Source of the DNA: Rhynchobatus australiae
Lineage: Eukaryota
DNA: 64,000 nt
NCBI GenBank assembly: GCA_034780895.1
Contig: JAUZTB010000107.1
Coordinates: forward strand, 67,806,960 to 67,870,959
Direction: 5' to 3'
The position numbers and the translations under genes were made by a program. Below are positions 37,010 through 50,558 of the stretch, piece by piece. Below the pieces are notes generated by a model. It was given only the letters and a program-made list of their open reading frames with translations, was not told the origin of the DNA and searched no databases. Positions within the stretch are counted from its first letter, which is position 1. The number at the start of each line of letters is the position of its first letter.

Positions 37010-40000
37010 CGCATATAGTTTCAAAAACTGTAAAGCAACAAGATCTATAAGATTCTCAATATATCCAGTAATGTTCCAACTTGGATATTGTGAGGCTGAC
37101 TTTTGAACTCTCAGGGATACTGTCAGAATCTTTGTCATGTCTTGGGCCTCTGTCAATTATGTAAATGCTACAATATGCTTTAAAACATTAAAGCCTGAAA
37201 ATTTCTTGCCCTGTTCAGATATTTAGAATACTTATTTCAAAAGACTCTCTCCTGTCTTCACAGACCAGTTTATGCCTCCTCATTGACATTTTGTTAATAA
37301 CCAGGATTTAGCATTTTCCTGTCAACTCAAACGATTATTTCTTTACCGCCTGTGTCAAGATTCTCACTTTCTTTCAAAGGACTGGAAGAGGTGAAAATTT
37401 CACAAGATGAAAAGTGAGAATTCATTAATTTATGAGGCCGTTGAAGGGAGCTCTGCTGCCTAAAATAGTTGCTCTATGTCTTTGAAGTAGAAAGCAATGG
37501 CAATTCTTTTCTGACTCATAGCTTCCTTTCTTAAGTTCCCCACAAGACATTGACTGCTACAAAATTACTTAATTTTTAGGCAATAGCCATTTTTAGTTAA
37601 AATAAATGTGATGTATCTGAAAAGTAAAGCATTGCTTTTGCTGCAGTTCATCTTTCTGATTCCCATATAATTTGATTGACAATGATCAGTCAAATAAATG
37701 GAATAGAAGTGAAATCAGAGAGGAACGGAGATATTACTGGGCAAAAGAACACTGTGTCAACTACATAAGTATTCATTTAGTAGGCACTATCACTTGTTCT
37801 ATTCAGTGATGTGCTTTTCCATGTTCTGTGCATTATGTGTACATTATTCCATATTTTGCAATTTATTATAGATTTATATAACCAAATCAGGATATAGAAG
37901 TACCACTGAATAATTAAATGGAAACAATTCTTTTAGTTCTCTGAGTGTTTGTATAATTAACTTACAATCTGTGTGATTAACTGCATATAAGGTTCAATTC
38001 AAAAATGCGACGGCAACAGGATAGGGCTCTTGCATTCTATCACTCAGGTCTACTCTTTTAAAGCACGCCAACAATACAAATTACAGTAACCACTATATCA
38101 ATTATAAATATAAAATAGTTGTATGGATTCCATATTTTTCTAATTCTGAATATAAAAAAATATCAACAAATACCAATGGCTTTGTTTTATTCAGCTGAAT
38201 TACAATAATTACTATTATTTTGACATAAGTATTGCACATTCATTGCAAAGAAATGGCACAATTCTTAAAGCTGTTTTCTTTCTGATATTTATCTTACTAT
38301 TGAACATAGTACAATATTTCCGAATGACAAAATGCCTATTTGATATCATTGCGCTATTGGGTAATGTCCACTTGGTCTTATGTGAGGTAACGCAAATTTA
38401 AATAAAATGGTAACCATTAAAAAATAATTCCCTTCAAAGAATAAAGTGATTTCGAGAAGCACAAAGTAGTTCACAAAGAACTTTCTTTAGAATATCTTTA
38501 GTCAGTGACTTCCTGAACATTTGGAGGCTTTTGACTCTATTGACCCACGACAGTTCTGAAGACATAGTGACAAAGACACTGACATCAGTCTAACGAGGAA
38601 AACTTCATAGTTTGGCTAATTGCCACATAAATCAGGAAAGAAGGACTGAGAAAGAGCTACTTTTCACACTGAAATAAGACTAAAGAAGTCTGTTATAAAC
38701 ATTTATGGGAGCCCGCACACATAGTCAAGCCTATTATCCAGTCAAATACATGGCAGACAGCTCTATTGATACTCTTAATAATAGACCCTTTGCTAAAATG
38801 TGGGTCCAAACAGTTATTCATGTTTACTTGAAGATCTAAAATAATTGTGTATTGATTATATAAAACAAGTAAAAACTGCTTTAAAAATGGGCAATTTGTA
38901 TGGTATGCTATATTTACATCGTTTGCTTACAACTTATTTGCTATTTACTGAACAGAATATCTAGTTTTAATATATTTGAACTTTCACTCTCATGTTATAC
39001 GAACAAATGGATGTGGAAAGTGCAGAAATGGGTGGAAAGTTTAAGCCTATGATCTTGCAGATTAAATTTAAAATTAATTTCATACCTCTACCGCAGATGA
39101 ACATTGAGGTCAATGCATTTTTTTTTGGTGGGGTTGGTGTGGTCAGTATCACTTAGGGCAATGAGATGATGTTGCAATTGAAACAAAATAATCTAGTAAG
39201 GACTAATAAAAGTTGTGGAAAAGAAACCTTTCTGCATTCTCTTTTTACATGATCAGTATGTTCTATTGTCCAAATGTTGGGCTGATTAATGTTGTCAGAA
39301 CCTGGGATACTAAAAAGGGTATTGAGATCAGGTCATGTCAAGTAATAAGTTTTCAATAACAAAGCTACGAAACTGCTCATCAGTTTTGACATTACGGCGA
39401 AAAAAGGANNNNNNNNNNNNNNNNNNNNNNNNNNNNNNNNNNNNNNNNNNNNNNNNNNNNNNNNNNNNNNNNNNNNNNNNNNNNNNNNNNNNNNNNNNNN
39501 NNNNNNNNNNNNNNNNNNNNNNNNNNNNNNNNNNNNNNNNNNNNNNNNNNNNNNNNNNNNNNNNNNNNNNNNNNNNNNNNNNNNNNNNNNNNNNNNNNNN
39601 NNNNNNNNNNNNNNNNNNNNNNNNNNNNNNNNNNNNNNNNNNNNNNNNNNNNNNNNNNNNNNNNNNNNNNNNNNNNNNNNNNNNNNNNNNNNNNNNNNNN
39701 GTGAACTCATGACAGTATTTCAATCCAGAAAATAATGTTTTTTTTAAAGAAAGCACTTACTATTTAGTTTGCTTGCAACCTATTTACTGTTTACTATATG
39801 GAATATCTAGTTTAATGATTTTCAGATTTTTTTTATCATGTCCTGAGTCCCAATGCTATATGCTTCCTCCAAGTGTTTAACTTTCATTTACAAGCCTAGT
39901 TTGCAACAAGGGAACATTCACATACATTCAGTCACAGAGTCTGGGCTAGAGGTGGTACTGGTTGAAACTCTTTAGTCCTGCATTCTGAGGTCTGTCAACT

Positions 40001-42139
40001 CCCTTGGTCCAGTATGTTTTGAGTACGTAGTGCAGATCTATCAGAATTAACTAATTCTAAATAAGATTTAAAATGAACTAAGATATGTACTAATCTTTAG
40101 CTAATTAACCTACCAGTACAACTTTTGTGATCTCAGCCAACAATGTTTCTGATTTACGGATACTTCAGATTACAGACGGTTCTTGGAACCTTTACGTGAC
40201 CTGTGGAATGTCAGTTTTCCTGCGCAAAGGAGGATGATCAGTGGGGGCAATTTCTGTGGTTTGGATTTTCTGTGGTCTGGCACCAGTGAGGCCCAGGGTG
40301 CCGGACTAGAGAGTTTCAACCTGTACACCATCTGAGGGGGCAGTTAAAGTGGAATAATGCAAAGGGCTTGCACTAGTTTTGTGCTAAAACACACTCAGCA
40401 GCAAAATCCTAATATACACATGGCTCAAAGTGCTGCTGTGATAGAGTGCAAAAAATAGTTCGCTCTTGTCATTGTGGAACCAGTAAACCAGAGGAAATTA
40501 ACTGGACTGCAGAGTGTGGTGCAGTGTGTGAAAAGGAATAGGTAGGGATTGTGTTGGCAGGATGGGCTGAGATTCTTCAGTCAGTCAGAGGATCAGGCTG
40601 AGGCTGGAGTCATGAACAATGAGGCTTTGGGATAAGATGGGAGTCGGATGGAGAGGATCAGGGGTCCTGAGAACATCAACAAAGAGGGAGCAAACAGTAA
40701 GAGAACCACTTAAAACAGGACCTTCCTGGGAGGATACTGTTTGATTTGGACTGCTTGGCATGGGACACAGTGAATGCCCTTTAAGAATTGCTGCTTCAAC
40801 CTTCTAATTAAGACATGTTTCGATATGCAAGGCCTCTACTGGTTGTGGGCTTCATACACCAGCAACAATTTTGCTCATAATGTGTATCGTCACTTCATGT
40901 GCCCAGCAGCCTCTATGCACATGTGCATCACACATATGGGAGGGCTTGCATTTAATTTAAGGAAGTATGATACTGGTTTGCTAAATACCAGGTTACCTTT
41001 AGCAATTAGGATTTTGATAAAGTTCAGTCAAGTAGTGCATAACAGAGCTTTGATAAATGATAGAGCTGACAAGTATTTATTATCAGAGTGTTTTAGTTAA
41101 ATTATTCAGAACTTTCCCACCCAAATTTTTAACTGGCATTATCTTAAGGTCCCACACGGAAGCATAGACATCAGATAATCCAGCTGAGGACAACCTATTC
41201 CAAACAACTGTAGCTTAAAGTGGAGGAAATCCCTTTATTCTTAATGTGGCAAAGAAATAAATACTCTAACAATGCCATTGATAAAACCGTAAAGGATTAT
41301 CTGCCATACAGTGTCAAACTGAGTCTTTAAATGGAAAGGATCCTTATGACAACACTGATGTTAAGGTATGTCAAATAGTCAGGCAAAACCTGATTTCTTG
41401 AGAAGAAAATAATGCTCTGGGAGATTACCATTCCTTTTCACTGAAATGACTGAAGAACTACATCGTTTTACCACATACGTTATTGACAAAATTAATAACA
41501 ACATCAAAAGAGTAGTGGATACTATGGGAAGATGGTTCCTACGCAAAACATTTAAAAGTCACTGCTATCACAGAATTTGCCCTATTTATTCTTAATCCCT
41601 ACTCCATCATCAGATAACATAAGGATGTAGTAAAGTTGCACAGAATGAAGCAAGGTTACTTCAATGGACAGAAAATCTCATTAAAGTTGTAAGTTTGGGA
41701 ACTGTCATGGTAGGTGTGCAGGTCAATTATAGATGAGTAGAAATTATCACAAATGCATGTGGTTTGTGCATGGGGGGTTGTGGAGGGGGGGGGTGGCAGT
41801 ACCTCCACACATATTTGGACTGCATCAAAAATCTTTCCTCAAGAGTATACGGATTGCCATTGATTGCTTTGCCTTTGCTGTGAGGTATACTTTTTGGAAG
41901 AAGGCCATGACTAAGTATAACTTTTACCAGAAAAAAAATCACATCTTTGTAATGCAAGAAACATGTTAATGGAGGTAAAGAGTGTCTACACCACTGGCCC
42001 CAAACTACTGTAACTAAAACAGCAAAATATTACGGACATTGGAAATCTAAAATAAAAACAGAGTATGTTGGAAATACTCAGTAGGTCAGGCAGCATTTGG
42101 GGAGAGAGATACAGAATCATTCTTTTAGGTCATTGCATC

Positions 42140-43785
42140 ACAGTATCCAACAACACAGAAACAGATTCTTTGGNNNNNNNNNNNNNNNNNNNNNNAACTA
42201 TATATTAATCCCATTAGTAACACTTTGTAGCCTTCCATGCATTAATAATTCATGTGCTTGTCGAGATACTTAAAGTTTCACATTCCAACCATTCTCTGGG
42301 TGAAATGGTTCTTCCTCATATCCACTCTAAGCCTCTTTCCTTAAACCTATGCCATTTAGTTGTAGATAACTCTACATGGGGAAGAGCTTCCTCCTATCTA
42401 CCCTATTTATGCCCCTTATGAGTTTGTTTCCCTCCCTCAGGATCCCCATCAGCCTCCTCTGCTCCAAGGAAGACAAAATCAGCCCATCCAATTTCTCCTC
42501 ATAACTGAGATGCTCCATCTCAAGTAACGTCCTGGTGAACATCATTTACACTCTCTCTAGTGTAATCATATCCTTCCTATAGTGTGAAAACCAGAACTGT
42601 ACACATTATCTAGATGTGGCCTAACCTATATTTTATAAACTTGTACTTCAGTCTTTTGGCTTTTATTTATGCCCTGGCAAATGAAGGCAAGTATCTCATA
42701 TGCTTTTTTCACCACCTTAGCCACCTGTGCCACCATCTTCAGAGATCCTTGGATTTGTACACAGTGGTCCTCTGTTCCTTAATAGTCCCTTTGGCTCTAA
42801 TGTTCAATGGGTATGTCCAATCCTTAATAGTCCTTCCAAAGTGCATCACCTCACACCTTTCAAATTAAATTTTATCTGCCATTGCTCTACCCATCTAACA
42901 AACTGATCAATATCATTCTGTAGCCTGCGATGACTGATTTTTGTATCACCTGCAAACTCCTCCATTCATATCAAACCATTAATATATATAATAAACAGTA
43001 AAGATCCCAGAACTAATCTTTGTGGAACACCACTGATCACAGGCTTCCAATCACAAAATCTCCCCTTCACCATCACCCTCTGCCTCCCATTACCAAGCCA
43101 ACTTTAGATCTAATTTGCAAACCTGGATCTCATGGGATCTAACCTTTGGACTGCTCTCCCATATGGTGGTGGTGATGCTTGAATGTTTGCTTGTCTATGA
43201 TCAATAACTTCCAGCATTCTTTTATTTTAAAGTCTTAAAGTTTAAAGGTTTCCTTAAAGTTTGTATGATTGTATTTTCTGGTTTAAAGTGTGAATGATCT
43301 GCAAGTTAAAATGTTGCAATGACACGAGGCAAATTGTGAGTTCATTTGATTTGCACGAGAAAGAGATAGAGCACATGTGAGCGAATAAGTGAAAAGACTG
43401 TTACACATGTTAAATCTGTGTTGGGAAGATGTTTAAATATTAATCCTNNNNNNNNNNGCCATTTGCCCACAAGCAAAATGTTTAAGTTGAAATTGTATTT
43501 AAATCATGCCAATATCTTTGTTTAAAGTGTATAAATCCTCTATGTACATTGAGTTCAGTGAGATTCTTCAAGAGATTCTGCCAGAATACCTGATTCTTGT
43601 GCTGAATAAAGACTTTTTATATCTACAGCTCTAGTCTCTATGGCTCATTCACAGAAACAACAGTGGGACCTTGTCAAATGCCTTACTGAAGTCCATCAAC
43701 TACCCTCATCAATACATTTTGTTACCTTTTTGAAAAATTCCATCAAATTTGACAGGATCTCCCGCTAACAAAACCTTGCTGACCA
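42140..43785 (-). mobile_element. Decayed CR1 LINE, interrupted by a solo LTR at 43167-43662
   Basis: Plus strand shows CR1 reverse-complement hallmarks (CCAAAGTGCATCACCTCACA, TGTGGAACACCACTGATCACAGG, GGGACCTTGTCAAATGCCTTACTGAAGTCCAT = MDFSKAFDKVP). The sequence is continuous across the insertion. Confidence 0.8.
43167..43662 (+). mobile_element. Probable solo LTR (496 bp, Gypsy/ERV-like)
   Basis: Starts TG and ends AACAACA, flanked by ATGG/GTGG (imperfect 4-bp TSD) inside the CR1. CCAAT 43509, TATAAAT 43530 and AATAAA 43605 are in LTR order. Confidence 0.6.
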
Positions 43786-43949
43786 TTGGCCTTTGATCAG
43801 AGTTGAAATGTTAACTCTGATTCTCTCAATACAGATGCTGAACATTTCCAGCATTCCGTGATTTTATTACTGTACATAACGTTTCAATGGTTCCACCACA
43901 ATCTGTAACATGGGACAGGTGTATCTTCATTCTACCACCAAAATGAAAC

Positions 43950-45530
43950 CAGGGGATCAACTCTGGTTCAATAAGGTGTGCCAGGAGCAGCAGAGGATGT
44001 ACCTGAAAATGAGGAGACTAACCTGGTGAAACTGGAAGAAGTGTGTGCATGCTCCATAGTGAAACAAATACAATAGACAGAGATAAGCATTCCAACACCA
44101 ACNNNNNNNNNNNNNNNNNNNNNNNNNNNNNNCATTTAGTTGTGGTGGTGGATAATTAAATAAACAGCTGATGAGACATTTCCAAACATTCACACCCTCA
44201 GTAATGGAGGGACCCAGAACATGTGCCAAACTTAAGGATGATGCATTAACAACCAAGATTGGCCAGAAGTACACAGTGTATGATTTGTCTCAGTTTTTCC
44301 TCAGATCAACACCATCTCTATTGCATTAGAAAACATCCTGCATTGGACTCGTCACACCTCCAGTCAAACTGTTCCAGCACAGTTGCAAACTGCCATCTGC
44401 TCGACAATGTCTAGATTTCATCATGGCCTTCGTCTAAATGTAAACCATAGAGCTGAGTGTCAGAGGTGAGGTGTCAGTTGCTGCCCTTGACAACTGTCTC
44501 CTCACCTCTGAAACTCAGCTCTATGGCGAAGCATGACAACAGAGATCCCTATTAAAATTGAAGTCAATGGGCATCAGGTGGAAATCACTCCAGTGGTTGG
44601 AGTCACATCTCACGTAAAGGATCACACATAAAAGATGTTATGATTATAGGAGGTCAATCATGCCAGCCCCAGGATATTTCACAGCAGCAGATTCTCAGGG
44701 CCCAACCATCTTCAGCTGCTTCATCAGAGACCTTCCTTCCATCAGTTCAGAAGTGGGGATGTTTGCTGATGCACAATATTCAATTCCATTCCCATCTGCT
44801 CTGAAATGAAGAAATCCAAACTACGTGCAGCAAAACCAAGGCAACATTCAGGCATAGGCTAATAAATAGCAAGTAATATTCACATACATAGCAGGGAGAA
44901 GGGTAGAGTCTAACCTTCTACCCTTAACATTCATTGGCATCATCATCACTGAGTCCCACATTATTGACATCTTGCCCAGGGTATATAAATACTGTGCCTA
45001 CAAAAGAAGGACAAATGGCTGGATATCCTACAGTGAGTGACTCCCTCCTGACAGACTTACCAGGCACAAGTTGGGAGTGTGACGGGATACTCTTTACTTG
45101 CCATCATGAGTACAGCTCCAACAATGTTCCAGAAGTTCAACACCATCCAGGATGAAGGAGCTTACTTGATTGGCACCACCATCCAAAACATCCATTCCAT
45201 TAGTACTGGCACACTGCGGCTACATTTAGCACCGATAACAAAATGCATTGCAGTTATATGCTTAGCCAACTCGGGCAGTACCTCCCAAAGCTGCAACGTC
45301 TACCCTCAAGGAAAAGGGTAGTAGATGCATGGGACCATCACCACTTGCTGGTTCCCCTCGAAGGTCGCACACCATGCTAACCCAGAAATAGGTCACCATT
45401 CTTTTACGCTGCTTCATCAATATTCTGAACTCTCTACCCACCATCATTGTGGGAGTCTTCAACAGAAAGATTGCAGCAGTTCATGGCAACAGATCACTAT
45501 CATCTTCTCAATGGCAAGAAATGTTGACCA
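43950..45530 (+). mobile_element. Decayed CR1-group LINE (RT to 3' region)
   Basis: KLKSMGIRWKSLQWLESHL...GGQSCQPQDI...GPTIFSCFIRDLPSISSEVGMFAD remnants, plus C-terminal APTMFQKFNTIQDEGAYLIG. Confidence 0.75.
44445..44526. repeat. Inverted repeat / hairpin, 36-bp arms (33/36 complementary), 10-nt loop
   Basis: CCATAGAGCTGAGTGTCAGAGGTGAGGTGTCAGTTG - CTGCCCTTGA - CAACTGTCTCCTCACCTCTGAAACTCAGCTCTATGG. Confidence 0.92.
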
Positions 45531-45619
45531 TGAATATCAGGTATATATGTTTGCTTTTGTAACCTTTAAAAAGCTTGATCAAACAAAATAGCTGTTTCTT
45601 CAACTGTAACTAATATTTT

Positions 45620-45740
45620 AGAACATAAGAAAATAGCAGGAGTAGGCCAGTTGGCCCCTCAAGTCTGGCCCGCCATTCAACATGACATGGCTGATCAGCC
45701 CCAGGCCTCAGCTCCCCTTCTGTGCCAGTTTCTTATAACC
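45620..45740 (-). mobile_element. CR1 3' terminal fragment
   Basis: AGAACATAAGAAAATAGCAGGAGTAGGCCAGTTGGCCCCTCAAGTCTG...ATGGCTGATC is the reverse complement of a CR1 3' end. Confidence 0.65.
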
Positions 45741-47260
45741 CATCTTGAGCCAAGAAGTTTGCTAATCTGATAATATTCTGAGCATGTTGTTCTGATCATT
45801 GTNNNNNNNNNNNNNNNNNNACTAGGGGACTATTAGATTAGAACAGCCTGCTTATGCCAAAATTGGAAAGGTAAACTTGCTGGATTATTTCCAAATTTGG
45901 TCATCACCATCCAAGATCTGTTTAAGCACGAGACTTGCATCATAGTGCACGTTATTTTTACCATAGTTAGGCCCTTTCCAAGCTTCAAATGTGATAATAC
46001 AATAAACTAAAAGTAAAACAGCTTAATGATAAGAAGTTTATTTATAAACATGGTATTTGCAATACAAAACATAATTATCAAAGAACGGTGCAACATTGCC
46101 TTCTACTTAATACATTAAAAGTGACCAAAAGTGTATACAGTTCCTATTTTTTTTTACAAATTCTTCAACATACTGAAGGTGCTACAGCTTTGGCTGGAAA
46201 GCAACCAAAACAACAAATTACATAATTATTCAGGAAAGATTCTGGATTTAAGTAATGAAATCTTACTCTCCATTTCACATTAAAATCTGGGAATAAATAT
46301 CTTCGGATAGATGAGGATTTCTTCAATTGGAAGCCATGTCCAGAATTTACAGTTTACCACTAGGAATGAAAATGTTTCATTTCACATACTCTATAGACTA
46401 TAGATGACAGCAATTCAATATCAAGATTTCTGCTTTCCCTTAAAAAAATGCTTTAGCAAGATTAACTGTGGACACAATATAATCCTAAAAGGATAAACAA
46501 ATTAAAGCTACAAGTTTGGACTCCTCAGCCATTTTGTTTAAAAGGAAAAATATCATAGTTAAGGTGATCTTGAAAAATCTCACATCCTTTGTTAAACAGT
46601 GGAATGATGATATGTATACTGGCTTGGATGAGCTCCCAGCACAATGCTATCTTTTGACTATGTACAATTAGTATTAAATAACTCTTGGGTAAACAATCTT
46701 TGATGTCAATACTACTTTGCACTGTCTTGTATGCTTGATATCACCATCAAGCCAGATTATCAATGAAGTTATCAGCATTCATTGTTCAAAAGAATATCTT
46801 GGGACTACTAACAAATAGGATTTGTGAAGATTACAGCCCATGTAGAAATATTAAAATTGAACACTTCAAAATCAAATTAATCCCTTGGAAAAGGATGTCC
46901 CACACAATGGACATGGATAAGATTGATCTCTGTTGTACCTACTGCACTTCCATTTTCTCAGCATCTAGAAAACCAGGGCACTGTTGGTAATTCATGTTAA
47001 AATGGCAAATTATTGAAATCTTTGAATGAGTTTGACTAATACTAAATGAATCTCAAAAATTATAGTAAAAATTTCAATAACTGGATCCATTGTAGTTTAG
47101 AAACTCATGCAGAGCCCAACAATGCACTGTAGGAACCTATCTACTGTATAGCAATGTAATAGGGCATTTGTGTTTGCAGATATGATTCTCAAAGATTAGG
47201 AAAGGCTAAATAGAAATAAGGCACTTCACACAAGGGATGTAGGCACTCCCATTCCTTTTA

Positions 47261-47627
47261 CAGTAAACTCCAATAATCCAGCATTCGATTATTCAGAAAT
47301 CCCAATGCTTCAGCATTTGGCTCCCTCATTATTCCAGAATTTGAGCCAAGGGTCAGGAGTGCAAGTGGGGAGTGTGCCCCAAGCCAGGCGTCCGAAGCAT
47401 GGGCCATATACCCTGCAGCTGAAGCCAGGTAGGGAACATCAGGCTCTATTTCCTGCTCCCTTTAAACTCACAGGGTTCACAGAGATTTAGCATGCCATTG
47501 CATAACATGTAACAAAAGGGAAATAAAAGTGTGTTGGGGAACTAATGGGAGAAACATCCAATTGTCTGGAAAATCTGACAGTCTGGCACCAAAAGTCTAA
47601 GGGTGCCGGATTATTGGAGTTTCGTTG
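47261..47627. mobile_element. Tc1/mariner-pogo (Tigger-like) MITE
   Basis: TIRs CAGTAAACTCCAATAATCCAGCA / TGCCGGATTATTGGAGTTTCGTTG, with TA on both sides. Confidence 0.7.
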
Positions 47628-48663
47628 TAATTCTAAAAATTCAAATTGCTGCTCTAATTGTGGGAACTAATTAGAGCGAGGACAAACCATTAACATTGAT
47701 TGTACCTGCTAATAACAGATCCATAACACAAGTTGGCAACGCAAAAGATAAAAATGTTGCATTACCAGCCTTTAATTTAATAATTACATTGCTAATATAC
47801 CACTATTATTAATATAATTATAATAATATAATTAGCAATAAGAATGCTAATTTATTCTTTAGTGATTCCAATCAACTCAATGGTAAAACACCCTCCAGCA
47901 ATTCCTGCTCAAGAGCTCTTATCATTATAGGCACTTGCTGCAGGAAAAATCCAATCAGCCTGTTTGTATTGATCATTTATTGAGCATCACAAGCAAAACC
48001 AAGGGAAAGGCCATCAACCTGAAGAAGTGTTTGATTCAATCCTTTCCAAGCCAACAAATCCTTAATATCCAGGTACAAAACAGCAATTGTAGACACTGAA
48101 GCTCAAGTCCAGATACAAAATATTAAAAGCAACATTTTCTGGATGAGAAAATAAGGATGGCCCATTTACAGTATGCTGCAAGAGTTGGAAATCTGAAAGG
48201 AAAACAAAGTTACGGAAATACTCAGCTGGTCAGGAAGCGCCTGCAGGGAGAGGACCAGAATCAATGGGCTGGATTGTGTTCGATCCAGCTTGCAATTTAC
48301 ACTCACCCCAAGGACTCCAAGGAAATTTTATGATTGGGTGGTTCCATTTGAGCCGAAGGCCTTGTTGCCACGGCCAACCCACAGAGTCGACCAGTCCATC
48401 TGTGGCAACTCGGCTCAAGTGGCGAGTTCTGTGGCTCCACCCATTGACTCCCTTGAAGTCCTCTTGACAGCTCGCTGCAACGAAGAGCCTTTTCACTGTC
48501 TGATTATCAGAGATAGTTAAAAATAATCAAAATAGATTTTTTAATTTTCTTCATCAGATGTATTTTTAAATAAAAATTCAATTAACTAATTTAAATTGAT
48601 AATATTAAATAAAATTAGAATATATAAATTAACCTTTTCCATCCAGATCAGAGACTCCATTCA

Positions 48664-48721
48664 AGTGACCGAATCAGTGCCAAATTCAGTGACTGAATCA
48701 GTGCCAAATTCAGTGACTGAA
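48664..48721. repeat. 24-bp tandem repeat, ~2.4 copies
   Basis: Unit CAGTGACTGAATCAGTGCCAAATT; GAATCAGTGC recurs at 48671 and 48695. Confidence 0.85.
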
Positions 48722-50558
48722 TCTCCACAGGCACAGAAGTCAGGAATTTAGTGAAGTGCAAAAAATGATTTCACTGGTAGTTTTCTTGAGAACTGCCAGT
48801 AAAATGTCTTGCAGCCCATTGTTTTGGACAATGATTCAACCTCAACATGAAATCATTACTCTTTCTTCCCCAGTTGCTATCTGGCCTACTGAATAGTTCC
48901 ACCAGTTTTTGTTTTTGTTCTGGTGTTTTGGGCATGCCCCATCTCGTCATTCCCCACATCTCATGGTTCTCTCTCTCTCTCTTCACATTTCCACACTTCC
49001 ATCGTGTTTGTCTGTTCAGGACTTAGAACCAGTGGTGAAATGAGAATTCCTTTTACACAGCTATCTATGTCAATCTAGAATGCATTGGCAAATTCAAAGC
49101 CATATTTCAAAAGGAAATTGATAACACATTTGAAGGAAAACATTTGGTAAAGATATTTCTTTGNNNNNNNNNNNNNNNNNNNNNNNNNNNNNNNNNNNNN
49201 NNNNNNNNNNNNNNNNNNNNNNNNNNNNNNNNNNNNNNNNNNNNNNNNNNNNNNNNNNNNNNNGCAGTTAATATAGGCACAATTGTTGTCTCCTTCAGTG
49301 GTGGTAGATTCCATGATTCTAGAACAATACATACTCTTGGCTTCCTCATGTATGGGAGCATAAATTAACATTCAAATTCCTGAATGTGATTCTCCATATC
49401 AAATAAGGCAAATAGTAAATTAAGTTATGTTTGTAATGTTATTAAATTTCACATCACATTGGCAAAAACTTGAGATAACTTACCATATTCACTATGTTGG
49501 GTATTTTGAATGTGTAAGCTTTTAAGTTTCACAGGTCTGACAAACAGTGTGGTCTATGAACACAAGTGTTTTGTTATTTTAAAAACAAGTTCAGAAGTTA
49601 AGAAATTGCTGACACTGTGTATTTTGTCAAGTGACACTGTGCAGATTCAAGCCCTGTGTTATTTTACCTCGGATACATGACAGTTGCATCATGCCCCTTT
49701 TGCACAAGCTGAAGGGGAAAGGATTTAATGAAGTGTGGACCTTAGGAGCACTCTAAAAGTTGGGGAAAAATATCTCTAATCATCTCTTTTGTTCATTTTA
49801 GCAACGTTTGTGCTCCATATTTATTGCCTTAGTCCAAAATCACAAAGAATAGTTTTTTTCTTCGGAGTTTATGTTTCTGGAATTTGGATCTCATTGGAAT
49901 ACACCAACAATGTTAAAATTTCAAATTCAGCATATATTCCAATTCGTGTACAGNNNNNNNNNNNNNNNNNNNNNNNNNNNNNNGAAAATCTTGGTCCAGG
50001 AATCGGTATGTACTCTGCCAAAGTTATAATTGTTATACCTCATTGAAAGTATTTCTGTGTTCATCCTGCTCAATGGAACATTCTGCTAAAATGTTTGTTC
50101 CAATGGAAGCTTCCCCAATGTAATAAAATTATACTGGCAGTTAAAAGACTTTGTAGATTAGATTATGAACTTCCACAAGGATATTTATCTATAAGCTGAA
50201 AGGAACACAAACATTGACTATAAAATTAATTTTATGGCTAGATCAAAAACCACCAATTCATTTACAACAGACATTGATACTTAAAAATTATCCAACTAAT
50301 ATCAGATACAATAACACCAAACTTCATGAACATATACGTTAAAAACTGTAGATACAGTCAGAAGTAATTCAACTTGAAGCAACACAATTTATGCTATTTA
50401 ATAACATGAGCTTTTTCAAAAAAAAAAGCTTTAAAAAAACCTGTATTTCCTCAGCTTTTACATTTAAGGTGAGATGCAAGTACTATAAACTCTCAAAAAA
50501 GAGCTCTGTGCATTCATACCTAGAAAGCATGTGTCCATTTGCACACTTTAAAAGATCT

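Noticed and set aside
48664-48721. 24-bp repeat as a CRISPR-like array
   Set aside because: Head-to-tail tandem copies with no unique spacers, in a vertebrate genome.
48961-49015. Alternative per2 terminal exon candidate (minus strand TNTMEVWKCEERERE*)
   Set aside because: No polypyrimidine tract and no PER similarity. The exon at 50559-50771 has a good acceptor and PER2-like FCE...FDVEIHNLE sequence.
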